A stretch of DNA of 62,225 bases from Bacteroides sp. (GTDB lineage Bacteria > Bacteroidota > Bacteroidia > Bacteroidales > GCA-2748055), in the NCBI GenBank assembly GCA_011056635.1, contig DSEO01000260.1, positions 1-62,225 on the forward strand, given 5' to 3'. The position numbers and the translations under genes were made by a program. Below the pieces are notes generated by a model. It had not been told where the DNA came from and searched no databases. It worked only from the letters and a program-made list of their open reading frames with translations. Shown here one piece after another: positions 8,389 to 19,076 of the stretch (its first letter is position 1; every line of letters begins with the position of its first letter).

Positions 8389-9947
8389 TACAGCGGGATA
8401 TTGGCATGCTTTTTAGGCGGATTCATCTCCTTTTTCGTGGCAAGGGTCTGCAAAGCCCTGACGGTCCTGAACCGGGTATTCCTGGGTTCGATCACATCAT
8501 CGATGTAACCGTACCTTGCGGCTTCATAAGGATTGGAGAATTTTTCCTTGTACTCTTTTTCCTTCTCTGCCAGAAACTTCACCATCTCTTCCCGTTCTTC
8601 AATGGATTTGAGTGTTTTGCCCTCCAGGATCTCAATGGCCCCTTTGGGTCCCATCACGGCAATTTCGGCAGTGGGCCATGCGTAATTGATGTCTCCCCGC
8701 AGCTGCTTGGAACTCATCACATCATGCGCGCCTCCGTAGGACTTTCTCAGGGTGATGGCGATCTTGGGAACGGTGGCCTCACCGTATGCAAACATCAGTT
8801 TGGCACCGTGAAGAATGATCCCTCCGTGTTCCTGGGCGCTGCCAGGAAGGAATCCGGGAACGTCCACAAGCGTCACGATGGGCAGATTGAAGCAGTCACA
8901 GAAGCGCACAAACCTGGCTGCTTTCCGTGAGGCCTCTATGTCCAGGACACCCGCCATGTGGTTGGGCTGATTGGCCACGATACCCACCGGGCTCCCGTTG
9001 AACTTGGCGAATCCCACAATGATGTTCATGGCGTACTGCCTGTGGATCTCCAGGAATTCGTGATGATCCACAATGGCGTAGATGACATCCTTCACATCAT
9101 ACGGTTCGTTGGGATTATCGGGGATCAGCTCATTCAGCATATCCTCCAGCCTGTCGATGGGATCGGTGCATTCGCCTGCGGGCGGATCCTCCAGGTTGTT
9201 CTGGGGCATATAACTGATCAGTTTCCTGATCATCAGGAGCCCTTCATTCTCATTCTCTGCGACCATATGTGCCACACCGGACCGGCTTGCGTGCATCTGT
9301 GCACCCCCGAGTGCTTCAATGGAGATGTTTTCGCCGGTCACCGTCTTCGTGACCCGTGGCCCGGTTACAAACATGTGGGATGTTTTGTCGCTCATGATAA
9401 TGAAATCCGTCAGTGCGGGCGAATAAACCGCACCTCCCGCACAGGGTCCGAAGATGGCCGATATCTGCGGGATCACCCCCGATGCCAGGATGTTTCTTTC
9501 AAAGATTTCCGCATAACCCGCTAGACTCCTTACCCCTTCCTGGATCCGGGCACCGCCGCTGTCATTGATCCCCACCAGCGGAGCACCCACTTTCATGGCC
9601 TGGTCCATGATCTTGCATATTTTCCGGGCATGGGTCTCGGAAAGGGATCCCCCGAATACGGTAAAATCCTGGGCATACACGTAGATCACGCGGCCGTCAA
9701 TGGTCCCGTGTCCGGTAATCACCCCATCGCCCAGGTATTGTTGTTCCTCCAGTCCGAATTCATGGGAACGATGGGTCACGAACATGTCATACTCCTCAAA
9801 ACTTCCCTCATCGAGCAGTATCTGAATGCGTTCCCTGGCAGTAAGCTTGCCTTTGGAATGCTGTATTTCCATCCTTTCTTCGCCGCCACCTTTTCTTGCA
9901 CGTTCCCGCAGGTCGATCAGCTGTTTTATTTTATCCTGGTTATTCAT
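8388..9947 (-). CDS. mmdA: Methylmalonyl-CoA decarboxylase alpha subunit / acyl-CoA carboxyltransferase
   Basis: 519 aa of the PccB/12S carboxyltransferase family ([44 protein letters not shown]). Confidence 0.88.
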   Translation of the reverse strand: MNNQDKIKQLIDLRERARKGGGEERMEIQHSKGKLTARERIQILLDEGSFEEYDMFVTHRSHEFGLEEQQYLGDGVITGHGTIDGRVIYVYAQDFTVFGGSLSETHARKICKIMDQAMKVGAPLVGINDSGGARIQEGVRSLAGYAEIFERNILASGVIPQISAIFGPCAGGAVYSPALTDFIIMSDKTSHMFVTGPRVTKTVTGENISIEALGGAQMHASRSGVAHMVAENENEGLLMIRKLISYMPQNNLEDPPAGECTDPIDRLEDMLNELIPDNPNEPYDVKDVIYAIVDHHEFLEIHRQYAMNIIVGFAKFNGSPVGIVANQPNHMAGVLDIEASRKAARFVRFCDCFNLPIVTLVDVPGFLPGSAQEHGGIILHGAKLMFAYGEATVPKIAITLRKSYGGAHDVMSSKQLRGDINYAWPTAEIAVMGPKGAIEILEGKTLKSIEEREEMVKFLAEKEKEYKEKFSNPYEAARYGYIDDVIEPRNTRFRTVRALQTLATKKEMNPPKKHANIPL

Positions 9948-9958
9948 CTGTCCCCGGA

Positions 9959-10369
9959 TTATGATGTTTTGTTTCCACAGAACTCGGTCAGCACGCCGAA
10001 AGTAGACCCGGGGTGGAGAAATCCGATCTGCAGTCCCTCCGCACCCTTCCGGGATTGCCGGTCTATCAGTCTGACACCCTTCTCAGCGGCATGTGCGAGC
10101 GCTTCCTCCACATCCTCCACGGCAAATGCCAGGTGATGCATCCCGGCTCCCCTTTTTTCAATGAATTTTCCCACCGGTCCTTCGGGATGGGTCGGTTCCA
10201 GTAATTCAATCTTGGTGTCCCCGATCCTGAAAAATGCGGTCTTCACCTGCTGGTCAGCCACTTCCTCAATGGCATAACATTCCAGTCCCAGCACATCCTC
10301 GTAGTACCTGACCGCTTCATCCAGATTTTTTACGGCAATTCCGATATGTTCTATGTGTTTGATTCTCAT
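9959..10369 (-). CDS. mce: Methylmalonyl-CoA epimerase (VOC/glyoxalase fold)
   Basis: [19 protein letters not shown]...[15 protein letters not shown]...GFLHP is typical of the epimerase. First gene of the mmd operon. Start placed at the internal ATG at 10369. Confidence 0.8.
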   Translation of the reverse strand: MRIKHIEHIGIAVKNLDEAVRYYEDVLGLECYAIEEVADQQVKTAFFRIGDTKIELLEPTHPEGPVGKFIEKRGAGMHHLAFAVEDVEEALAHAAEKGVRLIDRQSRKGAEGLQIGFLHPGSTFGVLTEFCGNKTS

Positions 10370-10494
10370 CCGTTCTGTGTATTTTTTGTCCCCCGGTGAT
10401 TTCCGGTTTCCGTCAGGCATTAAATGTACACCCTTCGGAATGAATTTGCCATGATAAATATCAAAACTTCAAAGAAAATTGTCCGCTGATCCAA

Positions 10495-13400
10495 TCAGTC
10501 CCCGATCGCATCGTAAACCACCTGCTGGATCGCTGTACGGACATTCATATCGATCAGCTTCGTGTTGCCCTGGTCGGGATGGATCCTGTTGGAAAGGAAC
10601 ACATAGATCAGGTCATACGCCGGGTCCACCCAGACCATGGTCCCTGTATAGCCCGAATGCCCGTAACTCAAGGGAGAAGCAGCATTGCAGGCGGGACCCT
10701 CATCCGGGGTATCGGTGACCGGCCGGTCAAAACCCAGTCCCCTCCTGTTCTCCTGTTCATCATTGAAACAGGCACTGTAAGTGGCAATGGTGGCTGAGTC
10801 AAGGTACCTCCTTCCCCCGTATGTGCCCCAATTGAGATACATCTGCATGATCTTTGCCAGGTCGTTGGCACTGCCAAACAGGCCGGCATGTCCCGAAATT
10901 CCTCCCAGCATGGCCGCACCAGGATCGTGCACGTAGCCCCTGAGAAGCTGCCGCCTGAAGAACATGTCATTCTCCGTGGGTACGATCATTTCCGGCTGGA
11001 ACCGGTTTAGGGGAAGGTAACCCACGGACCACGCACCCAGCGGGGCATAGAAATTATACCATACATAGGGATAGAGCATGGTGTCAGCAATACTTTCGAT
11101 AACCTGATGCAACATAAAGAAACCCAGATCGCTGTATCTGTATCCTGGCGACAGCAGTTCCGCATTGTAAATCCAGTGGTAAATGGAATCCCGCACCGAT
11201 TTTCTCAGGTACAGATCCGCCGCTACCTGCACGGGATATTCCGGCGAGTAGACTTTCATATAAGTGCTGTCCACATATTTCACATTCCGGTTTGCATAGG
11301 TCCCGTTGCTGATCTTCAGCGGGTAGGTGTGCGACCACCGGCCGGATATCAAACGCTGTGAAGTGTCCAGGGGCTCCAGCGTGGACATGTAAAAGGGGAT
11401 CCAGGGTTTCAGACCCGCCTGGTGCGTGAGAATGTCACTGATGAGCAGCCCCCTGATGCGGGATGAATCGGGCAGTGTCAGGTAAGCTCCCAGAAGGGAG
11501 TCTTCATGGAACCTTCCCTGGTCCCTCAGTCGCATCAATGCCGGCAGGGTGGCTGTTATCTTTGTCACGGATGCCAGGTCAAAGAGGTCAGTCACCCGAA
11601 CCCGCTGTTTATGCTGATAGGTATGGTGTCCGTATGCCTTCAACCAGATCACCTTCCCCTTCCTTGCCACCAGCACCTGGCAGCCCGGCATGGCATGCTC
11701 CCGGATCGCCTTTTCGATCAGATCTTCCATCTTGCGCAAAGTGTCCCCGTTGATCCCCACCTCCATGGGATCCGCATACCCGAGCCGGATCGCCGGTCCC
11801 GTTTCATTTCCTTCACCCGCAGATGCAACGGGAAGAGCGGACACCGGTAACCTGCCCCGGAAGGCAATTCCACCGAAAACAGCCTGTGCGGTCAGATCCT
11901 GACTCAGGGGATCATCGGCAAATGACAGGATCAGGGCATCCACATTTACCTGGCCGGCGAACCGGGTGATTGCGTAGGGGGATCCTGCCAGGTGAAGGAC
12001 CACGGTGGTTGCCGGTTCAATCTGCCCGATGAAATTCAGGATCTCATCACCGATACCGTATTGTCCTCCGGTGTGTGAATTTATGTGAGACATGTTGATT
12101 ATAACCGTATTGTACTCGCTCAGTTCCATCAACAGTTTCGATAGTACTGTGAGATCCGCTGCCGGAGAAAGGGTAAAGTGCTTGCCATGCACATAGCGGT
12201 CCGATGCGGTGGCAAAGCTGTGGTCCTCTTTTTCACTGATATTCACGGTTGCAAGCCGCATATTCCCGATCTCCCTGAGGGGAAGGACCGACTCCCTGTT
12301 TCTGACCAGGATCAGCGAATGCTCAATGAGTTTCCGGTAATGCTGGCGGTATGCATCCCTGTTCAGGTCCTCCAACAAAGAATCCAGCCTGACCGGCCGG
12401 TAATGGTGAAGTCCCGACCAGTACTTGGCCATAAGGATCTTCCTGCAGCTGGCGTCGATCTCCTCCCGGCTGATCTCCCCGCTTCTGACGGCTTTTTTGA
12501 TTGCGGCAATGCTCTGCCCCACATCATGGGGCATTAACAGGATATCATTCCCCGCCTTCACCGCCTCAATCTCCCGTTCACCCTCACCGGAGAAATCATC
12601 AAGCCCCTTCATGTTCAGTGCATCGGTAATGATCAGGCCCCGGAAATCCATTTCTTCTTTCAGAAGGCGGGTGACCACAGGCCGGGAGAGGGTGGTGGGC
12701 CTGTCGGGCCTGTCATCCAGTGCCGGCACATGCAGGTGGCCCATCATGATGCCGGTCAGTCCCTGCCTGATCGCTTCCCGAAATGGATAAAGTTCGACGG
12801 AATCGAGCCTGCTCAGTGGATGGGGGACCACAGGAAGGGCATGGTGTGAATCGGTGTCGGTGTCTCCGTGACCGGGAAAATGTTTTGCCCCTGTCAGCAG
12901 GCCCTGATCCTGCATTCCCCGCATCAGGGCCACTACTTTACCGGTTACATTCTCCCTTTCCTCACCGAAGGAGCGCTCATGGATGACCCGGTTCCCGGGA
13001 TTGTTGTTGATATCGGCCACAGGAGCAAAATTCAGATGTACACCCAGTCGCTTCATCTGTGCAGCCATATCCCGGCCCATCTGGTAAATAAGATGGTTGT
13101 CCGCAATGGCCCCCAGGCACATTTGCTTCGGGTATTCGATCACCTGATCGAGCCGCATTCCAAGGCCGGTCTCGCCATCCATGGCGAACAGCAGGGGAAC
13201 TTTTGCTTCCGCCTGCAAGCGATTTGTAAAGGTGGCCTGTGAAAGGGGATCACCGACAGAAAAAAGGATCCCGCCCACACCGTAACGCCTGACCGTGCGA
13301 ACCAGCGCCTTTTCATGGGCTTCTCCCATGCTTGAAAATGCCTGCACCATGATCATCTGTGCAATGCGCTCCTCCAGGTTGAGTTCCGTCATAACAGAAT

Positions 13401-13551
13401 CCACCCATGCAGTATCCACATTCAGGAATTCCGGAACAACCGTAAATGCAGGCCGGAAATTGTCGAGAAGTTGCTGTTCAGCAGGATGAAGATTCCTGAA
13501 AGCCAATAAAATAATGACCAGGACAGTGATCTGTAGCAGGTTGTTCTTCAT
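10495..13551 (-). CDS. GH3 beta-N-acetylhexosaminidase-like domain fused to a serine hydrolase (beta-lactamase fold) domain
   Basis: N-terminal half carries the GH3 motif KHFPGHGDTDTDSHHALP. C-terminal half carries an SxxK motif (LASVTKITATLPAL). Signal peptide after ATG 13551 (MKNNLLQITVLVIILLAF). Confidence 0.8.
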   Translation of the reverse strand: MKNNLLQITVLVIILLAFRNLHPAEQQLLDNFRPAFTVVPEFLNVDTAWVDSVMTELNLEERIAQMIMVQAFSSMGEAHEKALVRTVRRYGVGGILFSVGDPLSQATFTNRLQAEAKVPLLFAMDGETGLGMRLDQVIEYPKQMCLGAIADNHLIYQMGRDMAAQMKRLGVHLNFAPVADINNNPGNRVIHERSFGEERENVTGKVVALMRGMQDQGLLTGAKHFPGHGDTDTDSHHALPVVPHPLSRLDSVELYPFREAIRQGLTGIMMGHLHVPALDDRPDRPTTLSRPVVTRLLKEEMDFRGLIITDALNMKGLDDFSGEGEREIEAVKAGNDILLMPHDVGQSIAAIKKAVRSGEISREEIDASCRKILMAKYWSGLHHYRPVRLDSLLEDLNRDAYRQHYRKLIEHSLILVRNRESVLPLREIGNMRLATVNISEKEDHSFATASDRYVHGKHFTLSPAADLTVLSKLLMELSEYNTVIINMSHINSHTGGQYGIGDEILNFIGQIEPATTVVLHLAGSPYAITRFAGQVNVDALILSFADDPLSQDLTAQAVFGGIAFRGRLPVSALPVASAGEGNETGPAIRLGYADPMEVGINGDTLRKMEDLIEKAIREHAMPGCQVLVARKGKVIWLKAYGHHTYQHKQRVRVTDLFDLASVTKITATLPALMRLRDQGRFHEDSLLGAYLTLPDSSRIRGLLISDILTHQAGLKPWIPFYMSTLEPLDTSQRLISGRWSHTYPLKISNGTYANRNVKYVDSTYMKVYSPEYPVQVAADLYLRKSVRDSIYHWIYNAELLSPGYRYSDLGFFMLHQVIESIADTMLYPYVWYNFYAPLGAWSVGYLPLNRFQPEMIVPTENDMFFRRQLLRGYVHDPGAAMLGGISGHAGLFGSANDLAKIMQMYLNWGTYGGRRYLDSATIATYSACFNDEQENRRGLGFDRPVTDTPDEGPACNAASPLSYGHSGYTGTMVWVDPAYDLIYVFLSNRIHPDQGNTKLIDMNVRTAIQQVVYDAIGD

Positions 13552-13648
13552 CGTATACAGTGTGATTTCCCCGGAAGGATCCACTGTATACAAAGTTATG
13601 CGGATGAGAAGACCGGAAAAATCAAATTATTAACACCGGAACTGTCAA

Positions 13649-14860
13649 TCAGAGACCCAGCCTTTCAGCAATGATGCGGGGTACTGCATCCCTGTGGACC
13701 ACCAGGAAGATGGTCTTGGCACGCATGTAGGCTTCAGAAGCATACATATAACCATCGTAAATGTGATTGCCGGTTCCCCAGGAATTCTTGACCAGGTAGA
13801 ACCTGTTCCCCACCTGATCCCTGGCAAGACCGGTAATATGCATCAGGTGATCGTCTGTGGTTTTGTAATTGTCAAACGCCTCCTGGCGAACCTGCTGGGT
13901 AATCTTCTTTTCTGTTTTGGGCGCAGAGAAGTCATAGAACAGGGCATTCCGTTCCGATTCGGAAAGCTCATCCCACCTTGCCCTTTCCAGTCCGCTCAGG
14001 TCTTCGATATCTTCTGACGGGATCAGAGCAATTCCGCTTTTCCAGTCAAATCCCTTCTCTCCCACATCCGCATCCCAGCAAACGGAGAAACCATTCTCCA
14101 GCGCCTGGTCCAACACCTGCATCATCTCGTCCAGGGGGACATTCTGGATGGAGCCCCAACTCCAGTTATCCGGGATCTCAATGATGAAATCCTCATAGAA
14201 CGGATGGTGTGTGAAGGATCCGATCATCACATAATCGTCCGGATCCAGGCCCAGTCCGTCTGCGAAAGAACGGGGGGTATATGTGATCCCCTGGTAAACG
14301 AACCGGTCCGGCACCTCTCCCAGGTAGGCATTCAGGATCCCCTCAAATCCTTCTTTCCACACGGGGGTGAGCTGCCTGTTGGGATTTTTGATCACCTGAT
14401 CGATATACCCATTCAACACAGCGTTCATTTCCCCGTGCACCGGAAGTGAGTCACCCGTCCTGAGCCCGTCATAGGCAGCCTCCGGCACCAGTCCCGCCAG
14501 TTTCCAAACCTGGAAAACGTCATGGGTGAGGCCGCCACCCGCGAAATTGATGGTTCCGTGCATTCTTACATATTTCTCTGCCTTCGCAAGGTATGCCTGA
14601 CGCACGAAGAACATTTCAGACAGATCATGGGTCCCCTTTCCCGTACGCAGCAATTCCGATTCAATAAAACTGACCGTGGCATAGCTCCAGCAGGTGCCCG
14701 AACGGTGCTGATCCTCGACAGGTGTGGCCGGGATGCGCTTTTCCAGGGTAAATTGATATCCCTGTTTCTGTTCCGCCTGTTTTTCCTGCGCGGCAAGTGA
14801 ACTGCCTGTGATGATTCCCAGGGCAAGGACCCATACCCCGGTAGTATTCCAGTTTTTCAT
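13649..14860 (-). CDS. C1-family cysteine peptidase (aminopeptidase C / bleomycin hydrolase-like), secreted
   Basis: Active-site region QHRSGTCWSYA; C-terminal NSWG motif (VKNSWGTGN); signal peptide. Confidence 0.8.
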   Translation of the reverse strand: MKNWNTTGVWVLALGIITGSSLAAQEKQAEQKQGYQFTLEKRIPATPVEDQHRSGTCWSYATVSFIESELLRTGKGTHDLSEMFFVRQAYLAKAEKYVRMHGTINFAGGGLTHDVFQVWKLAGLVPEAAYDGLRTGDSLPVHGEMNAVLNGYIDQVIKNPNRQLTPVWKEGFEGILNAYLGEVPDRFVYQGITYTPRSFADGLGLDPDDYVMIGSFTHHPFYEDFIIEIPDNWSWGSIQNVPLDEMMQVLDQALENGFSVCWDADVGEKGFDWKSGIALIPSEDIEDLSGLERARWDELSESERNALFYDFSAPKTEKKITQQVRQEAFDNYKTTDDHLMHITGLARDQVGNRFYLVKNSWGTGNHIYDGYMYASEAYMRAKTIFLVVHRDAVPRIIAERLGL

Positions 14861-14952
14861 GGTAAGTGTTCCTCTCGGTGATTTGGTAGTGGTTGTGAAA
14901 ATAGAAATTTACCCGGGAACTTTTACCAAACCTGCTTAAAAACCTGGTCTGC

Positions 14953-16911
14953 TCACCGGATATCGCGGTCCGGAATGCGAATAATTTTCAGTTCCGTCCT
15001 GCGGTTCTTCGCCCTTCCCTCCTCGGTGCTGTTATCAGCCACCGGTTCTTCTTCACCACGGCCTTTCCACATAAGTCTTTCCGGATCAATGCCCCGGCCG
15101 ACCAGGTAACTGACCACCTCGCCGGCTCTTCGTTCGGAAAGTTCCTGGTTGTAACCGAAAGATCCCGTATCATCGGTATGCCCGCTGATCTCTACGCTGA
15201 CCCCGGGATACTGGACCAGAAATTCATACACCCTGTTCAGTTCTGTCACCGACCTGGATTTCAGGGTATGGGAATCGGTATCGAAGAAAAGATTGTTCAA
15301 CACCACACTGCGGCCCGGTTCGATCCGTTCCAGGGGAATATCCCTTCGGAAGGGATCCGCATGACCGTGCACCCCGTCGAATGAAAAATGGCCGGAATAA
15401 AAGAGATAACCATCGGCAGAGACATTCAGTGCATACGCGCTGCCAGTGGGCAGCGTGATCAGGTAGGCCCCCTCCCCGGGGGAGGATTCCAGTTCCGTGA
15501 CCACCTGTTGGCTGGCCAGATCGACCAGCTGCATCCGGGCCACCAATCCTTTCATGTTGCCTGCATCATATACCCTGCCGGTCATATAGGAAACCGCCAC
15601 CGGCCGGACCTCCCGGGGAAGTTCAAATGTATAGAGATCGGTGCCCCTGCCGGGATCCCTGTCAGAAGCAAAGTAAGCCCGGTCCCCCTTTGCATTGATC
15701 ACCAGCCCGATCTCATCATGATGGGTGTTAATGGGATACCCCAGGTTGACCGGCCGGGACCATGCCCGGTTTTCGACCAGGCGGGAGACAAAAAGGTCTC
15801 CCTGTCCCATCCCCGGCCATCCGTCCGAGGAAAAATACAGGGTCTGTCCGTCGGGATGGATGAAAGGCGATTGTTCGATGCCCGGTGTATTGATGGAATC
15901 GCCCAGGTTGACCGGCACACCCCAGGTCCCGTTGCTGGAGACCGACATCCAGATGTCATAGGATCCTTTGCCCCCCGGCCGGTCAGAAGCAAAATAGAGT
16001 ACCCGTTCATCGGCCGAGACTGACGGATGCTTCTCACTGTTCCTGCTGTTCAGGGGCGGCCCCAAGTTCAGCGGGCTGCTCCACCCCTCCCCGGTCTTCC
16101 TGGATACATAGAGGTCACACCTTCCCATGCCGCTGCGGCGATTACAGGCCGTAAAATACAGGGAATTCCCGTCAGCCGTGACGGACTGGGCCCCTTCGTT
16201 GTCAGGCGTGTTCAGCGGAGGTCCCGCATTCTTCCTCCGGCTCCAGGCCTGACCGATGCGCGTGGAATAGAAAAAATCCTCCTGAAGATGGGTCCCCATT
16301 TGTTCATCTCCGGCAGGATTGGGCAACATGACCGTGAAGATGAGCATTTGCTCATCCACAGAAAGGGAGGGCCAGTATTCATTCAGGGATGAATTGACGG
16401 AATCGCCCAGGTTCTCAGGGTGAAAGGGGACCGGGTCCCGGATGGCATCCCTGGCAAAAAGCGATTTTTCACGGAGAAGCAACGCTTCGCTTCTCCGGGT
16501 GACTGACTCCGGAGGATAGGCAAGGAAGGTATCGATCAACCGGAGCGTGCGCTCATACTCTCCGTTCCTGTAGGTCAGTCCCGCCAGCAACCGGTACCCG
16601 TCAGGATTCCCTTCCGGATCGATCCGGAGTGCGCGGGAATAGTACGCGATGGCTTTTTCCGTCTCTCCCCGGTCATAGCAGATCTGGGCCAGCATCCGGT
16701 AGGCGTCCGCAAAGTCCGGATCTGCCCTGAGGGCCTTCCGCAATGACTCTTCCGCTGCGGCATCATTCCGCGCCTCGAAGTGGGCTCTGGCTTCTTCCAG
16801 CTTTTTAGCGGCCCTTCCGGAGGAAGAGCCCTGTTGCCGGACAATACCGCATCCGCCGAAGATAACCAGGATGAGAATGATCCAGGATCGTTTCATAATT
16901 TTCCATATCAA
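14953..16911 (-). CDS. OmpA-domain protein with TPR and TolB-like beta-propeller repeats
   Basis: N-terminal TPR region (ADAYRMLAQICYDRGETEKAIAYYSRAL). Repeated propeller blades (SV[ST]ADG..LYF[AT]S). C-terminal OmpA peptidoglycan-binding domain (ISGHTDDTGSFGYNQELSERRA). Confidence 0.8.
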   Translation of the reverse strand: MIWKIMKRSWIILILVIFGGCGIVRQQGSSSGRAAKKLEEARAHFEARNDAAAEESLRKALRADPDFADAYRMLAQICYDRGETEKAIAYYSRALRIDPEGNPDGYRLLAGLTYRNGEYERTLRLIDTFLAYPPESVTRRSEALLLREKSLFARDAIRDPVPFHPENLGDSVNSSLNEYWPSLSVDEQMLIFTVMLPNPAGDEQMGTHLQEDFFYSTRIGQAWSRRKNAGPPLNTPDNEGAQSVTADGNSLYFTACNRRSGMGRCDLYVSRKTGEGWSSPLNLGPPLNSRNSEKHPSVSADERVLYFASDRPGGKGSYDIWMSVSSNGTWGVPVNLGDSINTPGIEQSPFIHPDGQTLYFSSDGWPGMGQGDLFVSRLVENRAWSRPVNLGYPINTHHDEIGLVINAKGDRAYFASDRDPGRGTDLYTFELPREVRPVAVSYMTGRVYDAGNMKGLVARMQLVDLASQQVVTELESSPGEGAYLITLPTGSAYALNVSADGYLFYSGHFSFDGVHGHADPFRRDIPLERIEPGRSVVLNNLFFDTDSHTLKSRSVTELNRVYEFLVQYPGVSVEISGHTDDTGSFGYNQELSERRAGEVVSYLVGRGIDPERLMWKGRGEEEPVADNSTEEGRAKNRRTELKIIRIPDRDIR

Positions 16912-17541
16912 TTACGGGATCCGCATGTACTTGTGGGTCTGCAGAGAGATCCGCCAGCGGGGGTGATCCTTCACATAGGCAATGAGCCGGGGCAGCATCT
17001 TTTCCCTCCGGCTCCACTCCGGCTGCAGGAAGAGTCTGCACGCCCTGTTCACCCTGGCAGCATTTTCTTCGGCCCACAGGAAATCATCCTCCCCGCAGAT
17101 GATCACCTTCAGTTCATGTGCCTGCCCGTAAAATGCTGACAGTGGAGGGGCATTCCGCTTGGGAGAAAGACAGATCCAGTCCCACTTCCCGGTGAGCGGA
17201 TAAGCCCCGCTGGTCTCCAGGAAGGTCTCCAGTCCCTTTTTTTTCAGCAGACCTGTCAGGTATCCCAGGTCGGCCATAAGCGGCTCACCGCCGGTAATCA
17301 CCACCGCCCCGGCGGCAAATGATGCCGCACGTTCGGCTATCTGTACCGCAGGAACCACCGGATGGAGGGCCGGGTCCCAGGAGAATTTTGTATCACACCA
17401 GCTGCACCCGATGTCACAGCCTCCGATCCGGACAAAGTACGCCGCCTTCCCCGTATGGAATCCTTCCCCCTGGATGGTGTAGAATTCTTCCATCACCGGA
17501 AGTTTCCGGCCTCCGTCAAAGTCTGTCGAAGATTCCCGCAT
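16912..17541 (-). CDS. queE: 7-carboxy-7-deazaguanine synthase (radical SAM)
   Basis: EEFYTIQGEGFHTGKAAYFVRIGGCDIGCSWCDTKFSW, containing the CX3CX2C cluster motif. Confidence 0.85.
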   Translation of the reverse strand: MRESSTDFDGGRKLPVMEEFYTIQGEGFHTGKAAYFVRIGGCDIGCSWCDTKFSWDPALHPVVPAVQIAERAASFAAGAVVITGGEPLMADLGYLTGLLKKKGLETFLETSGAYPLTGKWDWICLSPKRNAPPLSAFYGQAHELKVIICGEDDFLWAEENAARVNRACRLFLQPEWSRREKMLPRLIAYVKDHPRWRISLQTHKYMRIP

Positions 17542-17542
17542 G

Positions 17543-17785
17543 TTATTTTTTCCGGATCCAGAGCCGCGATATCAAATAATACAACACCCTCAGGATGATG
17601 ACCGCACCGTACAGAATAAAGGCGATCAGCAAAACCAGGTGCAGCTGGGTCACAAGCTCCCTGGCCGGAGCATCGTTTTTGATGATGCCGATGACATTCA
17701 GCGTATAGGCAGCTGCAAAGCAAAGCAGGAAAATGACCAGCTCCCGTTTCTTCATGGTGGCCGTAATGGTGGTATCTTTCATCAC
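17543..17785 (-). CDS. Small two-TM membrane protein, unknown function
   Basis: 80 aa with two hydrophobic helices, wedged between the oxidoreductase and queE with gaps of 1 to 8 nt. No recognisable motif. Confidence 0.45.
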   Translation of the reverse strand: MMKDTTITATMKKRELVIFLLCFAAAYTLNVIGIIKNDAPARELVTQLHLVLLIAFILYGAVIILRVLYYLISRLWIRKK

Positions 17786-17793
17786 ATTCAGTT

Positions 17794-19038
17794 TTAAAGA
17801 GAGAGGCCCTCGGGCCAGGTTACGATGCGGTTGGACAACATGGATTCGTATCCCATCAGGGTGGCAATTCCCGAACTGTATCCCTGTTCCGTCAGCCAGG
17901 GATCCAGACGGTTGTTCCTCACATCCGATACAAAAGATGCCATCTGGATATCGGTCCCGTCCGATTTGATGATCCTTTCCAGCAGATAGGTTCCCCTGTC
18001 TTCCGACGGATCCTCCGGCACCCAGGTGGGACCTCCCACAGGAACCACGTCGAATACCTGCTTTTCAATGTTGTTCAGCAGCTGCAGAATACCGGGCGCC
18101 GGCTCGGGAAACTCCTTGAAAATGTATGCCGTTTCCAGTTCAATGGTACCCAGCGGACCCTGCACCTCGATCTGCATTCCGTACTTCTTGTTGCTGATGA
18201 GTGAGTCATACACCACGTGTGTTCCGGAGGGATAATGGTAGACCAAATTCACATTGTCATACACCTCCCTTCCGTCCTTCCAGTGGTTGATGCTCCCCGA
18301 GCCCCACACATAATCCGGATTCTCTCGCAGGATCCAGTTGGCTACCTGGAGATGGTGACTGGCCAGCTCCGTCATCAGTCCGCATGAATATTCGCGGTAA
18401 AGCCTCCAGTTGATCCTCCTTTCCAGCTCAGGGGAGGGAACCGGTCTTCGCCAGTCGTTGTTCCTGTGCCAGTATGCCCTGATCTGTGTGACATCCCCGA
18501 TGGATCCCCTTTCGATCTCCTTGATCCCCTTTAAGGTCCGGGCACTGAACAGGCGCTGGTGGCCGATGTACAGGATCTTGTTGTTCCGGCGGTGTGCCTG
18601 GAGCATGAGGTCGCATTCCTCATAGGTTTTGGCCATGGCTTTCTCGCAGAATACATGCAGACCCGCATCCAGGGCGTCGATGGTCATCCGTGCATGCAAG
18701 TCGAGGGGCGTGGCGATCACCACGCCATCGATCTGTTCCTGGTCCAGCATCTTCCTGTAATCCGTGTAACCCGTGGCTCCCGCGCCGATCATCTGTTGCG
18801 CCCGGTCAAAGTTCGGTTCATAATCATCACAGAAACACGTGATCTCCACTCCGGGCACCTCCTGGAGGAGGGTGAGCAACAATGATCCACGTGATCCGAC
18901 GCCTATCATTCCCAGTTTAACCTTCCGCAACGCTTCCTGTGCATAGAGTCCGCTCAGCCAGGGCATCCTGGCAGAGAAAACTCCCGCAGCCGCCAGGGCA
19001 GAAAAAGTCCTGATAAAGTCCCTTCTGTCTGTTTCCAT
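17794..19038 (-). CDS. Gfo/Idh/MocA-family oxidoreductase with twin-arginine signal
   Basis: METDRRDFIRTFSALAAAGVF is a TAT motif. Rossmann motif KLGMIGVGSRG and the EKA motif (VFCEKAMA). Start placed at ATG 19038. Confidence 0.8.
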   Translation of the reverse strand: METDRRDFIRTFSALAAAGVFSARMPWLSGLYAQEALRKVKLGMIGVGSRGSLLLTLLQEVPGVEITCFCDDYEPNFDRAQQMIGAGATGYTDYRKMLDQEQIDGVVIATPLDLHARMTIDALDAGLHVFCEKAMAKTYEECDLMLQAHRRNNKILYIGHQRLFSARTLKGIKEIERGSIGDVTQIRAYWHRNNDWRRPVPSPELERRINWRLYREYSCGLMTELASHHLQVANWILRENPDYVWGSGSINHWKDGREVYDNVNLVYHYPSGTHVVYDSLISNKKYGMQIEVQGPLGTIELETAYIFKEFPEPAPGILQLLNNIEKQVFDVVPVGGPTWVPEDPSEDRGTYLLERIIKSDGTDIQMASFVSDVRNNRLDPWLTEQGYSSGIATLMGYESMLSNRIVTWPEGLSL

Positions 19039-19076
19039 CGATTGATCTTTACAATATTTAGAATCTGTGTTGTTGC

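Noticed and set aside
6206-9947. Calling the Na+ pump an oxaloacetate decarboxylase because of the neighbouring citrate lyase
   Set aside because: The alpha subunit is a PccB/12S-type acyl-CoA carboxyltransferase with a separate biotin carrier, and the operon starts with a methylmalonyl-CoA epimerase. An OadA-type HMGL-like subunit is absent.
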